Below are positions 9,901 to 20,323 of a stretch of DNA of 64,000 nt, in pieces. The stretch covers positions 64,001-128,000 of the forward strand of contig JBOEGD010000011.1 of NCBI GenBank assembly GCA_050633245.1, given 5' to 3'. The notes beneath the pieces are model-generated. The model did not search any database and was not told the origin of the DNA. It was given only the letters and a program-made list of their open reading frames with translations. Every line of letters starts with the position of its first letter. The stretch's first letter is position 1. Source of the stretch: Calditrichia bacterium (GTDB lineage: Bacteria > Calditrichota > Calditrichia > RBG-13-44-9 > J075). The translations under genes and the position numbers were made by a program.

Positions 9901-11223
9901 CAACAAGGCGGTATAATTGAGGTGCTTGTTGCGCCTGTAAACTGTCGACCGAAATCGAATACTGTTAAAAATATGCAGAGGAAAGATACTTCATCTGCCG
10001 GTTGTGCAGTGTGCCTCAACGGTCATTCTGTAGATAGAGAACGCATGAATATGGAGCGGGCGCAGTGTGTTGAGGTGACAATTCGCGATACCGGCGAGGG
10101 TATATCGAGTATAAGTCTGCCTTATATTTTTGATCGTTTTTACCAGGCCAACAGTTCCAGTCGCCGAATTCACGGAGGAACGGGGATCGGCTTGGCGCTT
10201 GCTAAGGAACTGATTGAGTTACATTACGGAAGTATTGTCGTTGAAAGCACGGAAGGTGTCGGGTCCGCATTCAAAATAATCCTGCCGCTTGGGAAAGGGC
10301 ATCTGAAACACGAGCAGTTTGCGGAAGTTCTCCCGAAAAAAGTTACTAAATTAGCAGATAATGCAAATAAAAATATCCGACTGCAGGAGCGACAATCGAG
10401 TTCTGCCAACAATGGTGAGCTAGAGCGACAAAATGCACGATTTAATAAAAATGGCAGCAGCCCTCAAATTCTGATCGTCGAAGATAATCACGATGTGCGT
10501 GCTTATATCCGTGAACAGCTTGAAAAAAACTATGGCATTTTGGAAGCTGAAGACGGTCGGGCCGGCCTCGAACTGGCGCTTAAGGCAATGCCGGACTTGA
10601 TAATCAGCGACGTAATGATGCCGAAGATGGACGGATACGCTCTATGCCGTAACCTGAAATCTGATCCTCGAACCAGCCATATTCCGATTGTGCTATTAAC
10701 TGCAAAAGCGGGAGATGAAGAAACGGTGGCCGGTTTTGAAACCGGTGCCGATGCCTATGTCCTGAAGCCCTTCCGCCATAAAGAGCTGGTTCTTCAGGTG
10801 CGCAACATGATTCAGGTTCGCCAGGCGATGCGCCGACGTTTTCGTTCAGTAACAATTATTAAGCCTGACGAAGTGGCTACCAACTCTGTTGATCTTGGTT
10901 TTCTTGAACAGGTCGTGGCAGCTATCGAAGCCAACATTGATAAGGAGCAGTATAACGTCGAGGCGTTGGCAGGGCAGGTAGCGCTAAGCGTTTCCCAGCT
11001 CAATCGCAAACTTAAAGCGCTTACCGGGCAGCCTGCCGGGCAAATGCTGCGACGCATGCGCCTGCAGCGTGGTGCTGAGTTGCTCATAGAGAAGACAGAC
11101 CGTACCGTTGCGGAAGTTTGTTACGCGGTTGGATTTAGCGACCAGGCTAACTTTACACGTAGCTTCAAAAAGCTTTTTGGCAGTTCTCCATCAGAGTATC
11201 GAAAGAGCAGAAAAACCTCCTGA
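6982..11223 (+). CDS. Hybrid two-component system: beta-propeller/Y_Y_Y sensor, TM, HisKA, HATPase, receiver, AraC HTH
   Basis: YQFFLEGFD..W..W/GRYTFHVRA, PPWYRSWW TM, NISHEFRTPLT, NLLSNALKFT, GGTGIGL, IVEDN/ISDVMMPKMDG, VGFSDQANFTRSFKK; start uncertain. Confidence 0.95.
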   Translation: MKISCLAICNVRGTSWLMLLQALLYSFHFSFGGNFVFAQTIVQESDNRGREAGVPFITTFDAKVYGGDQQNWDIIQDERGIMYVANQFCLLEYDAVEWRQIYPGSKMSVRSLAKDSSGRIWLGAAKDFGYLAADSTGSLQLQSQLELLPEELRVTEQRWSVAVTSEDIYFYTENLILRWSDNAEIVAIQYPVGGIDKAFVIADQLYLRQPGLGLHRLEGDSLVSIPGGEQFADIKALFVLPHPQSNVNPATKQFLVGTPRNGLFEYDGVNFRRFQTEADAYLAENDLICGVVLPNGDFVFGTRHGGIVSTDHLGELLLIRNKENGLPNNTVYNLYSDREGGLWLALNKGLAKIELNSPLTGYDMTPSLKSGVTGMVRHRGKLYVSTAEGVFWLEPGQSGALPKFMPVEGKENLCGVLLSVESQLFVVSVSGLYVIEDYRARMFYPRDKVHILWVYRSRFDSSRVYLGLRGGLAWMQKIDGKWTFSDPIPRISEIVEGIAEESANVLWLTTRYGTATRVSAPFARKPFHADSGEIVIEKFNETHGLGKSWVEGTLIRDKLLFVTHNGLRRFDQDSRTFLPEPIFNGLFTDSSRVLSGKFFDLDNRGRLWTARSGSEIGMAAIGEDGKYKWNPEPFHRIEDFGEVWIFYIDEKVPGVYWFGGADGVMRYDDSIAKNYSTRYPALIRRLIVNGDSILYDGAEIDGSDGIKSLTLSYEDNTIRLDFAAPYFDKNESNEYQFFLEGFDSDWSHWTHETMVDYRQLPEGRYTFHVRARNVYKQDGQETQFRFEIQPPWYRSWWSYMLYACLLLGFFYFLRRYEMSRQRFKYQAELEKVESEKLKELDTIKSDFFANISHEFRTPLTLILGPAEQLVEENNGSVQKKANLIRRNAQRLLQLTNQIQDLSKLESGGLPLKVRQGDFVAFLKGLTMSFESLAANKQIDLRFDSNNPQSVNYFDQDKIEKIFSNLLSNALKFTQQGGIIEVLVAPVNCRPKSNTVKNMQRKDTSSAGCAVCLNGHSVDRERMNMERAQCVEVTIRDTGEGISSISLPYIFDRFYQANSSSRRIHGGTGIGLALAKELIELHYGSIVVESTEGVGSAFKIILPLGKGHLKHEQFAEVLPKKVTKLADNANKNIRLQERQSSSANNGELERQNARFNKNGSSPQILIVEDNHDVRAYIREQLEKNYGILEAEDGRAGLELALKAMPDLIISDVMMPKMDGYALCRNLKSDPRTSHIPIVLLTAKAGDEETVAGFETGADAYVLKPFRHKELVLQVRNMIQVRQAMRRRFRSVTIIKPDEVATNSVDLGFLEQVVAAIEANIDKEQYNVEALAGQVALSVSQLNRKLKALTGQPAGQMLRRMRLQRGAELLIEKTDRTVAEVCYAVGFSDQANFTRSFKKLFGSSPSEYRKSRKTS

Positions 11224-11274
11224 TCTTGCCTGTAATCTTATAACCTGCAAGAATAATAGTTCCTACCCGCAAAA

Positions 11275-11316
11275 TGCGCAAAAATGACCAGCTTTTGCGC
11301 AGAATCGCCAAGATTT
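11275..11316 (+). promoter_or_regulatory. Candidate AraC-type tandem operator (21-bp period)
   Basis: TGCGCAAAAATGACCAGCTTT then TGCGCAGAATCGCCAAGATTT, between the HTCS and the next gene. Confidence 0.55.
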
Positions 11317-11531
11317 TGCCTGGAGTAATTGCTTATTCTATGGCTGAAAGCAGAGAGCCAGGTGGCGATAAGGTTTACGAAGCCCATCTTGTCTCTGCTG
11401 TTCGGGATGATTTTCAACTTCATACATTTTGCATTATTCGGGTGCCTCTCTGGGATGGGGCATCCTCAACTCATGGCGCTTGGGGGATACCTTCGCCACA
11501 TCTATTCATCGTTCCATGAAAGGAATGATCT

Positions 11532-13784
11532 ATGAAACAATTCATACGAATTTGGATGCTTTTATGTTTTATGTTAGCCTGCCTTGCCGGCTCTGCCTTT
11601 GCGCAGAATCTCGACAATCAAGGCAAAGAGTTTTTCATGGCTTTTTTGCCAAATCTATTGACACCAACAATTGAAATACATTTAACCAGTAGTTCTACAA
11701 CAAATGTAACGGTTGAATATCCGGCAAACGCCCCGACATTTAGCTCGACTGTTTCTGTTGCACCGGGTGCAATTACCATTGTTACGCTTCCGAATACCGC
11801 TAGTCAATCCTGGTCACCCGGTATAGTACAAAACAATTTGGTACGGGCTTTTTCAAGTGAAGAGTTTGTCGCATACATGATTAATGTTTCGGGGTTTACT
11901 TCTGATGCTGCATTAGCATTACCGACGGATACCTACAACACCGAGTTTTTTATCAATACGTATGATGTTGCTAATCATGGTTCCGATGCCAGTGAATTTG
12001 CTCTTGTTGCTGCTTTTGATAACACAACCGTAACTGTCACACCTAAATCTACTCTTGTTGGTGGCTTTGTTGCTAACACACCGTTCGATATTACGCTTAA
12101 TAAGGGACAGGGTTTTCTGGGACAGGCATTTACGAGAGGACCAGCAGGAGACTTGACCGGCTCACTTGTCACTTCTGATAGACCTATATCTGTAACCAAT
12201 GGTAACCGATGTACGAATATTCCCTCAAATGTGTTTGCCTGCGATCATATTTTTGAAGTTGCACAGCCAACCCAAACTTGGGGGAAAAGAGTTATGGTTA
12301 GAGACTTTCCTCATACTCCGAATGGCGCAGTCTATCGTATTCTGGCGTCTGTAAACAACACCTCTGTTTTACAGAATGGAACTCTTGTTGCAACATTAAA
12401 CCGCGGAGAATCTTATGATACGGGACAGCTACCCGGAACTCATGAATTCTCTTCCAATAATGCTATTTTTGTAACGCAATATATGCCAGGAATTTCAGCT
12501 AATAATACCACTGGCGACCCGGCAATGGGGAACATGGTTCCAACAGAGCAATATCAGGATGAGTTTACATTCTCAACTGTCGGTGGCACTCAGTTTTCAC
12601 AACATGGGCTTAATATAATTGCCGAGAATGGTGACGTTGGAGTTTTGACGCTTGATGGTGTTGTCATTCCAGCCAGCGAATACACAGCTATTGGAACAAC
12701 GGGATATTCAAGTGCAAGTGTGACATTAACGGAAGGCACGCACACAACAACCTCTCCCGGAGGGCATAGCATTACGGTATATGGAACCAATAATGCTGAT
12801 TCTTATCTCTACCCAGCCGGTGGTTTTGCCAATTTTATCAATCCGGTTGGAGATCCATATCTTCCGGTATGTTCTATCGATATCAGTAGTAATAGCGCAA
12901 CAGGCAGTGCGACCGACAATACGCCATCTGAAGATTTGAACGGTAACCACGAGCTTGATGCCGGTGAAGATACAAACAACAATGGAGTCATTGATAAGGA
13001 CACTGGAATCTTTCTTGTTGAGCTACGAGATGGTAGTGAGAATGTAGAGTTAGTCGTAACTCCCTTTGAACCAGGTGATGGCAGCGTTAGCTATACCGTA
13101 AACCAAATAGATCCTTTATTACCGGGAAGCGGCACTATCCGCGTTATAGACGGAGCCGGTAATTTTTGTGAAGAGCCGGTTGAATTCAGTGGTGAGCCGG
13201 TTGTAACAGACGATACAGATCCGCTCTGCGAAATCATCGGTGTCGATCCCGGACCGCCGGTAGTGCTGTCCGTAATGCTGCAGGATACCGAGAGCGGTAT
13301 CTCCCATGTAAACGTGCTGCGTGATAAGAACGCCGACGTTGTGGTGCCGTCCTTCACACCGGGAACCAATGAAGCCATCGTGGTTACCGCAACAAAGATC
13401 AATCCGAACAAAGGCTCCAATGTGGTTTTGGAAGTCTTCGACATGCAGGGCAACAGCACCATTTGTGATCCGGTGTATACGACGCTGTCTACCATTGCTC
13501 CGCAGGACTTCCAGCTTGAGCAAAACTATCCAAACCCGTTCAACCCGACCACAACCATTCGCTTTGGTGTTGCTGCAGAGCAGACCTTTGTTTCGCTTAA
13601 GGTGTATGACATTAGTGGACGCGAGGTGCGCACGTTGATCAACGAGCAGGTGAGTGCCGGTCAGTTCGCCATTGAGTGGGATGGTAAGAATAACAGCGGA
13701 CAAGAAGTCGCCGGTGGGATATATCTCTACCGTCTGACGGCAGGAAACTTTGTTCAGACCCGCAAGATGACCTTTTTGAAATAA
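11532..13784 (+). CDS. Secreted IgGFc-binding-domain protein with Ca-binding-like loops and C-terminal FlgD-Ig/T9SS-like domain
   Basis: Signal peptide AFA, DNQGKEFFMAF, SDAALALP, CDHIFE, GDPAMGNMVPTEQY, YG...DSY.YP; EDLNGN/EDTNNNG loops; QNYPNPFNPTTTIRF...GIYLYRL...RKMTFLK. Confidence 0.85.
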   Translation: MKQFIRIWMLLCFMLACLAGSAFAQNLDNQGKEFFMAFLPNLLTPTIEIHLTSSSTTNVTVEYPANAPTFSSTVSVAPGAITIVTLPNTASQSWSPGIVQNNLVRAFSSEEFVAYMINVSGFTSDAALALPTDTYNTEFFINTYDVANHGSDASEFALVAAFDNTTVTVTPKSTLVGGFVANTPFDITLNKGQGFLGQAFTRGPAGDLTGSLVTSDRPISVTNGNRCTNIPSNVFACDHIFEVAQPTQTWGKRVMVRDFPHTPNGAVYRILASVNNTSVLQNGTLVATLNRGESYDTGQLPGTHEFSSNNAIFVTQYMPGISANNTTGDPAMGNMVPTEQYQDEFTFSTVGGTQFSQHGLNIIAENGDVGVLTLDGVVIPASEYTAIGTTGYSSASVTLTEGTHTTTSPGGHSITVYGTNNADSYLYPAGGFANFINPVGDPYLPVCSIDISSNSATGSATDNTPSEDLNGNHELDAGEDTNNNGVIDKDTGIFLVELRDGSENVELVVTPFEPGDGSVSYTVNQIDPLLPGSGTIRVIDGAGNFCEEPVEFSGEPVVTDDTDPLCEIIGVDPGPPVVLSVMLQDTESGISHVNVLRDKNADVVVPSFTPGTNEAIVVTATKINPNKGSNVVLEVFDMQGNSTICDPVYTTLSTIAPQDFQLEQNYPNPFNPTTTIRFGVAAEQTFVSLKVYDISGREVRTLINEQVSAGQFAIEWDGKNNSGQEVAGGIYLYRLTAGNFVQTRKMTFLK

Positions 13785-13792
13785 GCTATATT

Positions 13793-13892
13793 AGACTGGA
13801 GCAGTTTTCAAAACTGCTCCAGTCTTTCTACAAAACTGCTCCAGTCTTTCTACAAAACTGCTCCAGTCTTTCTACAAAACTGCTCCAGTCTT
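13793..13892. repeat. REP-like palindrome copy 1 with 22-bp tandem amplification of its 3' arm
   Basis: AGACTGGAGCAGTTTT-C-AAAACTGCTCCAGTCT (13793-13825); unit CAAAACTGCTCCAGTCTTTCTA at 13809, 13831, 13853 and partial at 13875. Confidence 0.95.
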
Positions 13893-13916
13893 ATCTTTTA
13901 ATACTGTGAAGCATAG

Positions 13917-13954
13917 AATGGCCCGACTCTTGGGGGAGACGGGCCATTTCTTTT
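13917..13954 (+). terminator. Intrinsic terminator
   Basis: AATGGCCCG...CGGGCCATT stem followed by TCTTTT. Confidence 0.75.
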
Positions 13955-14059
13955 ACAACCAATATATAGGCAGAAAATAGCGACTTCAGAATAGCATGGA
14001 AGTGCTGTTGATGCAGATATCGATTTCTGGGTGGACGCTCAAATAAGGCCATACATCAG

Positions 14060-14731
14060 CTAGGGCGAATCACTTTGAACAAAAAATTGGTGCTCATGTT
14101 CTATTAACTTTCCTGCTTTTAATCCTCTCTCAATAAATTTGGTAAAATGAAGCTGAGCATCTTGTAATAACATTGTGCCTTTCAATTTCTGGTCGAGTAT
14201 GCCATTGGCCTTTCTATCCTGAAATGTATTAATACTATGTCGGGTAACAATTCGTTTGTCCACAATAGTGAATTCATTGAAGATTTCACCGCTTTCCAGA
14301 GAAAAAGTCACAATCTCAAGATCAAATAAAATAGAATACTCGCGATAATAATCAGCCCGCCTTTCGATTTGTATAAGCTTGTTCTCTTTTATCAACCTAT
14401 CGAGACAATAGTCGTATATATCCTGAGCTTTGGTCAATTCGATACTGCCCAATTGAATTTGGTCTATGATGCGATCTTGATCCAGATCCACGGCCAGGAA
14501 CGATCTTCCGATCAACTCGTTTCGAGATTCTTCTTCTACGGATGATATAATGGTGCGAATGCGGTATTTTTCGCCATTGTAGACAAAATGGTGCATGCCG
14601 GCCCGCTTAATTTGTTTGGAGCTTGAGCAGGAAAAGGAAAAGGATGTGAAAATGAATGCTAAAGAGAGAACTATGGGGGGCCACTTAAAGAGTTGAAGAA
14701 CTCTTCGGAAAATGTGCCTGGCAGGTTTCAT
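14060..14731 (-). CDS. Hypothetical lipoprotein-like protein
   Basis: 223-aa ORF, hydrophobic stretch ending FSC, DLDQDRIID EF-hand-like loop. Confidence 0.65.
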   Translation of the reverse strand: MKPARHIFRRVLQLFKWPPIVLSLAFIFTSFSFSCSSSKQIKRAGMHHFVYNGEKYRIRTIISSVEEESRNELIGRSFLAVDLDQDRIIDQIQLGSIELTKAQDIYDYCLDRLIKENKLIQIERRADYYREYSILFDLEIVTFSLESGEIFNEFTIVDKRIVTRHSINTFQDRKANGILDQKLKGTMLLQDAQLHFTKFIERGLKAGKLIEHEHQFFVQSDSP

Positions 14732-14924
14732 TCTCTATCCCGGGATATGGGTTATGGAATCGTCTCTGCAAAATTATGGGCTTCTTTAGGTAATATATCA
14801 GTAAAATGGGAAAAGAACAGTCGTGTTGTGAAATGTTTTTTACTACTGAAAACCAACGCTAATTATATCATTCTTTTGCTATCTAAAATTATATTTGTAG
14901 ATCCATCCGAAGGATTCTAAAGAC

Positions 14925-14950
14925 TGCCTTGCCGCAAGTGCAGCAAGGCA
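14925..14950 (-). terminator. Probable intrinsic terminator of the SnoaL-like gene
   Basis: TGCCTTGC...GCAAGGCA stem, followed by GTCTTT on minus strand. Confidence 0.55.
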
Positions 14951-14986
14951 TATAAGTTTCAGAATAGTGTTCTTTGCAGATAGAAG

Positions 14987-15355
14987 TTACCCCATATCGT
15001 AAAAAAACTCTTCTTTTACAATTTTACCATCTTTAACGGTATAAAGACCAACTTCGCTCATTTGCCAGCGCTGACCACTTTCTTTGACAGTCACCTCGAT
15101 CTCGAAGCCTACAATAAAGCGATCACCATGTGGCCAGGGGCCTGTCATTTCCATTGAGTGAACCTCATGGCTATTAATCCACCATTCATTTTTTCCTTTT
15201 ACGGCTTCTTTGCCGTGAACTTCGCGCTCGACGCCTGGTGCTGCAACAGCTTCTATGCTGACAACATCATCAGAGAAAAGCGTTTCGATGGCTTCGATGC
15301 CCTTCCCTTCCTTACATAAAGCTACCATTTTGTTTGCAATGTCCATGGTACTCAT
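14987..15355 (-). CDS. SnoaL-like/NTF2-family protein
   Basis: LFSDDVVSIEA...GKEAVKGK.EWW...EVGLYTVKDGKIVKEEFFY; AAGGAG SD before ATG 15355. Confidence 0.88.
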   Translation of the reverse strand: MSTMDIANKMVALCKEGKGIEAIETLFSDDVVSIEAVAAPGVEREVHGKEAVKGKNEWWINSHEVHSMEMTGPWPHGDRFIVGFEIEVTVKESGQRWQMSEVGLYTVKDGKIVKEEFFYDMG

Positions 15356-15469
15356 ATGCACTCCTTTTTTTATATGAATAGAATGTGAATTTGGGGAATT
15401 CAAACTAGTCTGATTAGATAGAGAATGCAAATAATTTATAGCGGAAGATTGCAAAAAAAGTTTCGGGAG

Positions 15470-15520
15470 AGTGGAGCAGTTTAAAGCAAAGTGGAGCAGT
15501 TTTTAAAACTGCTCCACTTT
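15470..15520. repeat. REP-like palindrome copy 2 with one extra arm
   Basis: AAAGTGGAGCAGTTTT-T-AAAACTGCTCCACTTT (15488-15520) plus extra AGTGGAGCAGTTT at 15470-15482; just downstream of katG stop. Confidence 0.9.
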
Positions 15521-15532
15521 AAATCTATCTCA

Positions 15533-17737
<2,205 letters not shown>

Positions 17738-17785
17738 TCATGATTTTACCTAAACCAATATAAGAACTATACGATTGCCTGTCTA

Positions 17786-17821
17786 ATAGGAATATCTGAT
17801 TAAGCGATAGATTTAATTGAT
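17786..17821. promoter_or_regulatory. Candidate OxyR/LysR-type operator upstream of katG
   Basis: ATAG-N7-TGAT-N6-ATAG-N7-TGAT, resembling the OxyR ATAG-N7-CTAT repeats. Confidence 0.5.
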
Positions 17822-17865
17822 ATTAGCAGAAAAACAGAAGGTTATGGAGTGGCTGTCTTTATCGT

Positions 17866-18047
17866 TTATATCAAACCAGTGAATTGCAACGCCATTTTAA
17901 TTAACCCGACCAGAATGAGGACTATCGCGATATAGAATACTTTCTTGCTCTTTAATGCTTCATTTGCTCCTGCTTTATTTAAAAATAAAATTACAATGCC
18001 AGTTATTAGTGGAATCAGAGTATCAATTAGTGCAGCATAATGACCAT
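17866..18047 (-). pseudogene. Small two-TM membrane protein paralog A (~60 aa), one base short after codon 2
   Basis: GGGAG SD, ATG GTC AT TAT GCT...; restored frame M(V/G)(N/H)YAALIDTLIPLITGIVILFLNKAGANEALKSKKVFYIAIVLILVGLIKMALQFTGLI; gapless homology to 20324-20499. Confidence 0.7.
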
Positions 18048-18149
18048 GTCTTTAACTCCCGATTTTTGTTGTCTTCGGTGTCCATTATCTCAATATAGTT
18101 AGATTACACCAACCTAACCGAAATCCCTCGGGCCTATGTCTTCTAAAAG

Positions 18150-19436
18150 CTATCGAACCAGGACCATTTTGCGACTTTGGTCAAAGCTGGCGGATTGTAG
18201 TCGATAGAAATAAATGCCACCAGAGGCTTGAACGCCGAACTCGTCTTCCCCATCCCACTCAACACTGTAACTACCCGTTTCTTGCTGGTCATTGAGAAGA
18301 GTTTTGACTTGTCTGCCTAAAATATCGTAAATAGTCAGACTGAAATGAGCGGGTAATTTTACATAAAAACGAATTTGTGTCGATGGATTAAATGGATTCG
18401 GATAATTGGAATATAGTTCCGCAGCTTTTGGCAGTAGGGGAGAGGGGGAGTCAATAGAGGTCGACTGTTGAAATGTTTCCCAGTGTTTTACGAGAGATCG
18501 ACTGGCATGCAGGTCTGCAAAGCCAAAATTGTGCTCAGCAAATGGTGCCAGAACGACATCGTTAAATGTATTGTGAATACCTCTTGCCGCCAAGCTGTCG
18601 AGAAGTTGAGTATTTCTGGCCAGATTAGTTGTAATATTTGAGTGGCCTGCAGTGATATGAAAACGCATCGATCGCAGGCTGTCCAACGTGGCTGAATCCG
18701 CTTCACTGACTATATTGGTAGCACTATGAAGCAACATGTAATTTACATTCCGAGGAACGCCAAATAATGGGCCGAGTAAATTATCATAATTTGAGTTTAG
18801 CCAGATTGGGTCATCAGGCGCAGCACCCGGAATTTCAGGGGCATCCAGATTATGCCACATAACCGTGCCGTCATAGCTGCCGACAGAGCTAAATATATCC
18901 GGGTTTTTCAAGCCTATAACGGTAGATGAATAACCGCCAAGCGAAAACCCATCAATACCACGATGTGTACGGATTGCAATTGTTCTGAATGTGGAATCAA
19001 TATGGGGTATTAGATCATAAACTATATAGTCTTCAAAACGTCCGGTGCCGATTCCCGCGGCAGATGTGAGTGCAGGACTTAACATATTCACTGCACCCGA
19101 AATTACTCCATTATTACTACCGGTACTGGAGCAAACAAGTATAACATTTCCAATATGACTATTTTGAATCAACGTATCGGTTACACCTGCGAGGGTTAGA
19201 GTACGTCCGGGCATGTTGGGATTAAACCATTCGTATTCATGAAGCCTTAAAAAGTAGACTGTCGGATACGCCTCGGTGCTCGCGTCATAACCGGGCGGCA
19301 AATAGACGTAATAATGTTTTGTCTCTTCTAGAATGGGCGAATAGAAACTGTGCTGCTCGACCCGGCCATTTGTTTGTGCGGCAAGGGTGGACACCAGGAA
19401 CAGCACGCTGCAAAGCAGTTCTGTTATTCTTTTCAC
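18150..19436 (-). CDS. Secreted alpha/beta-hydrolase (esterase) with C-terminal FlgD-Ig/T9SS-like domain
   Basis: VYLPPGY, YPTVYFL, GFSLGG nucleophile elbow, EHNF His, NYPNPFNPST tail; likely GTG start 19436 with GGAG SD and signal peptide. Confidence 0.85.
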   Translation of the reverse strand: MKRITELLCSVLFLVSTLAAQTNGRVEQHSFYSPILEETKHYYVYLPPGYDASTEAYPTVYFLRLHEYEWFNPNMPGRTLTLAGVTDTLIQNSHIGNVILVCSSTGSNNGVISGAVNMLSPALTSAAGIGTGRFEDYIVYDLIPHIDSTFRTIAIRTHRGIDGFSLGGYSSTVIGLKNPDIFSSVGSYDGTVMWHNLDAPEIPGAAPDDPIWLNSNYDNLLGPLFGVPRNVNYMLLHSATNIVSEADSATLDSLRSMRFHITAGHSNITTNLARNTQLLDSLAARGIHNTFNDVVLAPFAEHNFGFADLHASRSLVKHWETFQQSTSIDSPSPLLPKAAELYSNYPNPFNPSTQIRFYVKLPAHFSLTIYDILGRQVKTLLNDQQETGSYSVEWDGEDEFGVQASGGIYFYRLQSASFDQSRKMVLVR

Positions 19437-19486
19437 GACAAAACTCCCGGTATAAAAACGACTTTTAATAACGGCCATTTGTATTT

Positions 19487-20299
19487 CTATTTGAAGAATA
19501 CAGGTAAGACGTGAAGAACAATGTCTACCGAGAAATGAGCGACTATTGCCGCAATTAGGCTCCTTCGCCAATAGCACCAACCATAAAGAAACCCTACCGC
19601 TGTATTCCCCAAAACCGTACCGGTAATAGCAAATGGTGAGCCGGCTCCATAAGAAACAAGCTGCGGCAGATGAGCAGTGCCAAAGCCAATTGATGTGATC
19701 GCGATGACTGACCAGACCAGGACAGGTTGAACTTCTCCTTTGCTAAAGGCCTTCGATGCAATCCACACCAAAACTGTCATCAATCCTAACCTAAACCATA
19801 CTTCTTCTGCAACCGCAGCGCCCACTGAGACCGCAAGGCCACCGAGTATGCCACGGTGTCCGAATGCAGGTAGTTCAGGTGGTAAGTATGGCGTACTGAA
19901 AACTCGAACAAGTAGTAACAGTGCTCCCAGAGCTAACCCGAGGATAGTTGCAAATACCACGTCATTTCGTAGTATCCTCCATGCTGTGGGTTGGTTAGCC
20001 AGGAATTGATCAATAAGTGGAATACCCAAGCCAACTTTGGGTCCAAGCCTAATACCGAGCCAGGTTAATGGTAGGGTAATGGCACATAGAAACAGGAGAC
20101 TGGGAAGAAGGACCGAGCTAAGACTCTGCTCTGCGTTAATTCTGCCAAATGCCAGATTGATGAGTTGTGCCGCTATTGTAAGTACTAGTAGAATCGACAG
20201 TGGTGGAAACATGGAGCGTGCCGGAGTGGCAGGTTGGCGCGATTCAGTCGCTAGGGACTTTCGCGTTTGTCCAGTTTTGGTGCAATCGATTTGCGTCAC
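19487..20299 (-). CDS. CPBP (Abi/CAAX protease-like) intramembrane metalloprotease
   Basis: EEVWFR, FGTAH, AH...D motifs, multiple TM helices. Confidence 0.9.
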   Translation of the reverse strand: MTQIDCTKTGQTRKSLATESRQPATPARSMFPPLSILLVLTIAAQLINLAFGRINAEQSLSSVLLPSLLFLCAITLPLTWLGIRLGPKVGLGIPLIDQFLANQPTAWRILRNDVVFATILGLALGALLLLVRVFSTPYLPPELPAFGHRGILGGLAVSVGAAVAEEVWFRLGLMTVLVWIASKAFSKGEVQPVLVWSVIAITSIGFGTAHLPQLVSYGAGSPFAITGTVLGNTAVGFLYGWCYWRRSLIAAIVAHFSVDIVLHVLPVFFK

Positions 20300-20323
20300 G
20301 TGTCGTATTCCTAAGGTACAGGA

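Noticed and set aside
13809-13892. CRISPR array
   Set aside because: The 22-bp units are contiguous with no unique spacers, and there are no cas genes; it is a tandem repeat.
18098-18118. Integron attC site (GTTAGAT...ACCTAAC)
   Set aside because: The core motifs are in the wrong order, the hairpin is too short, neighbouring genes vary in orientation and there is no intI.
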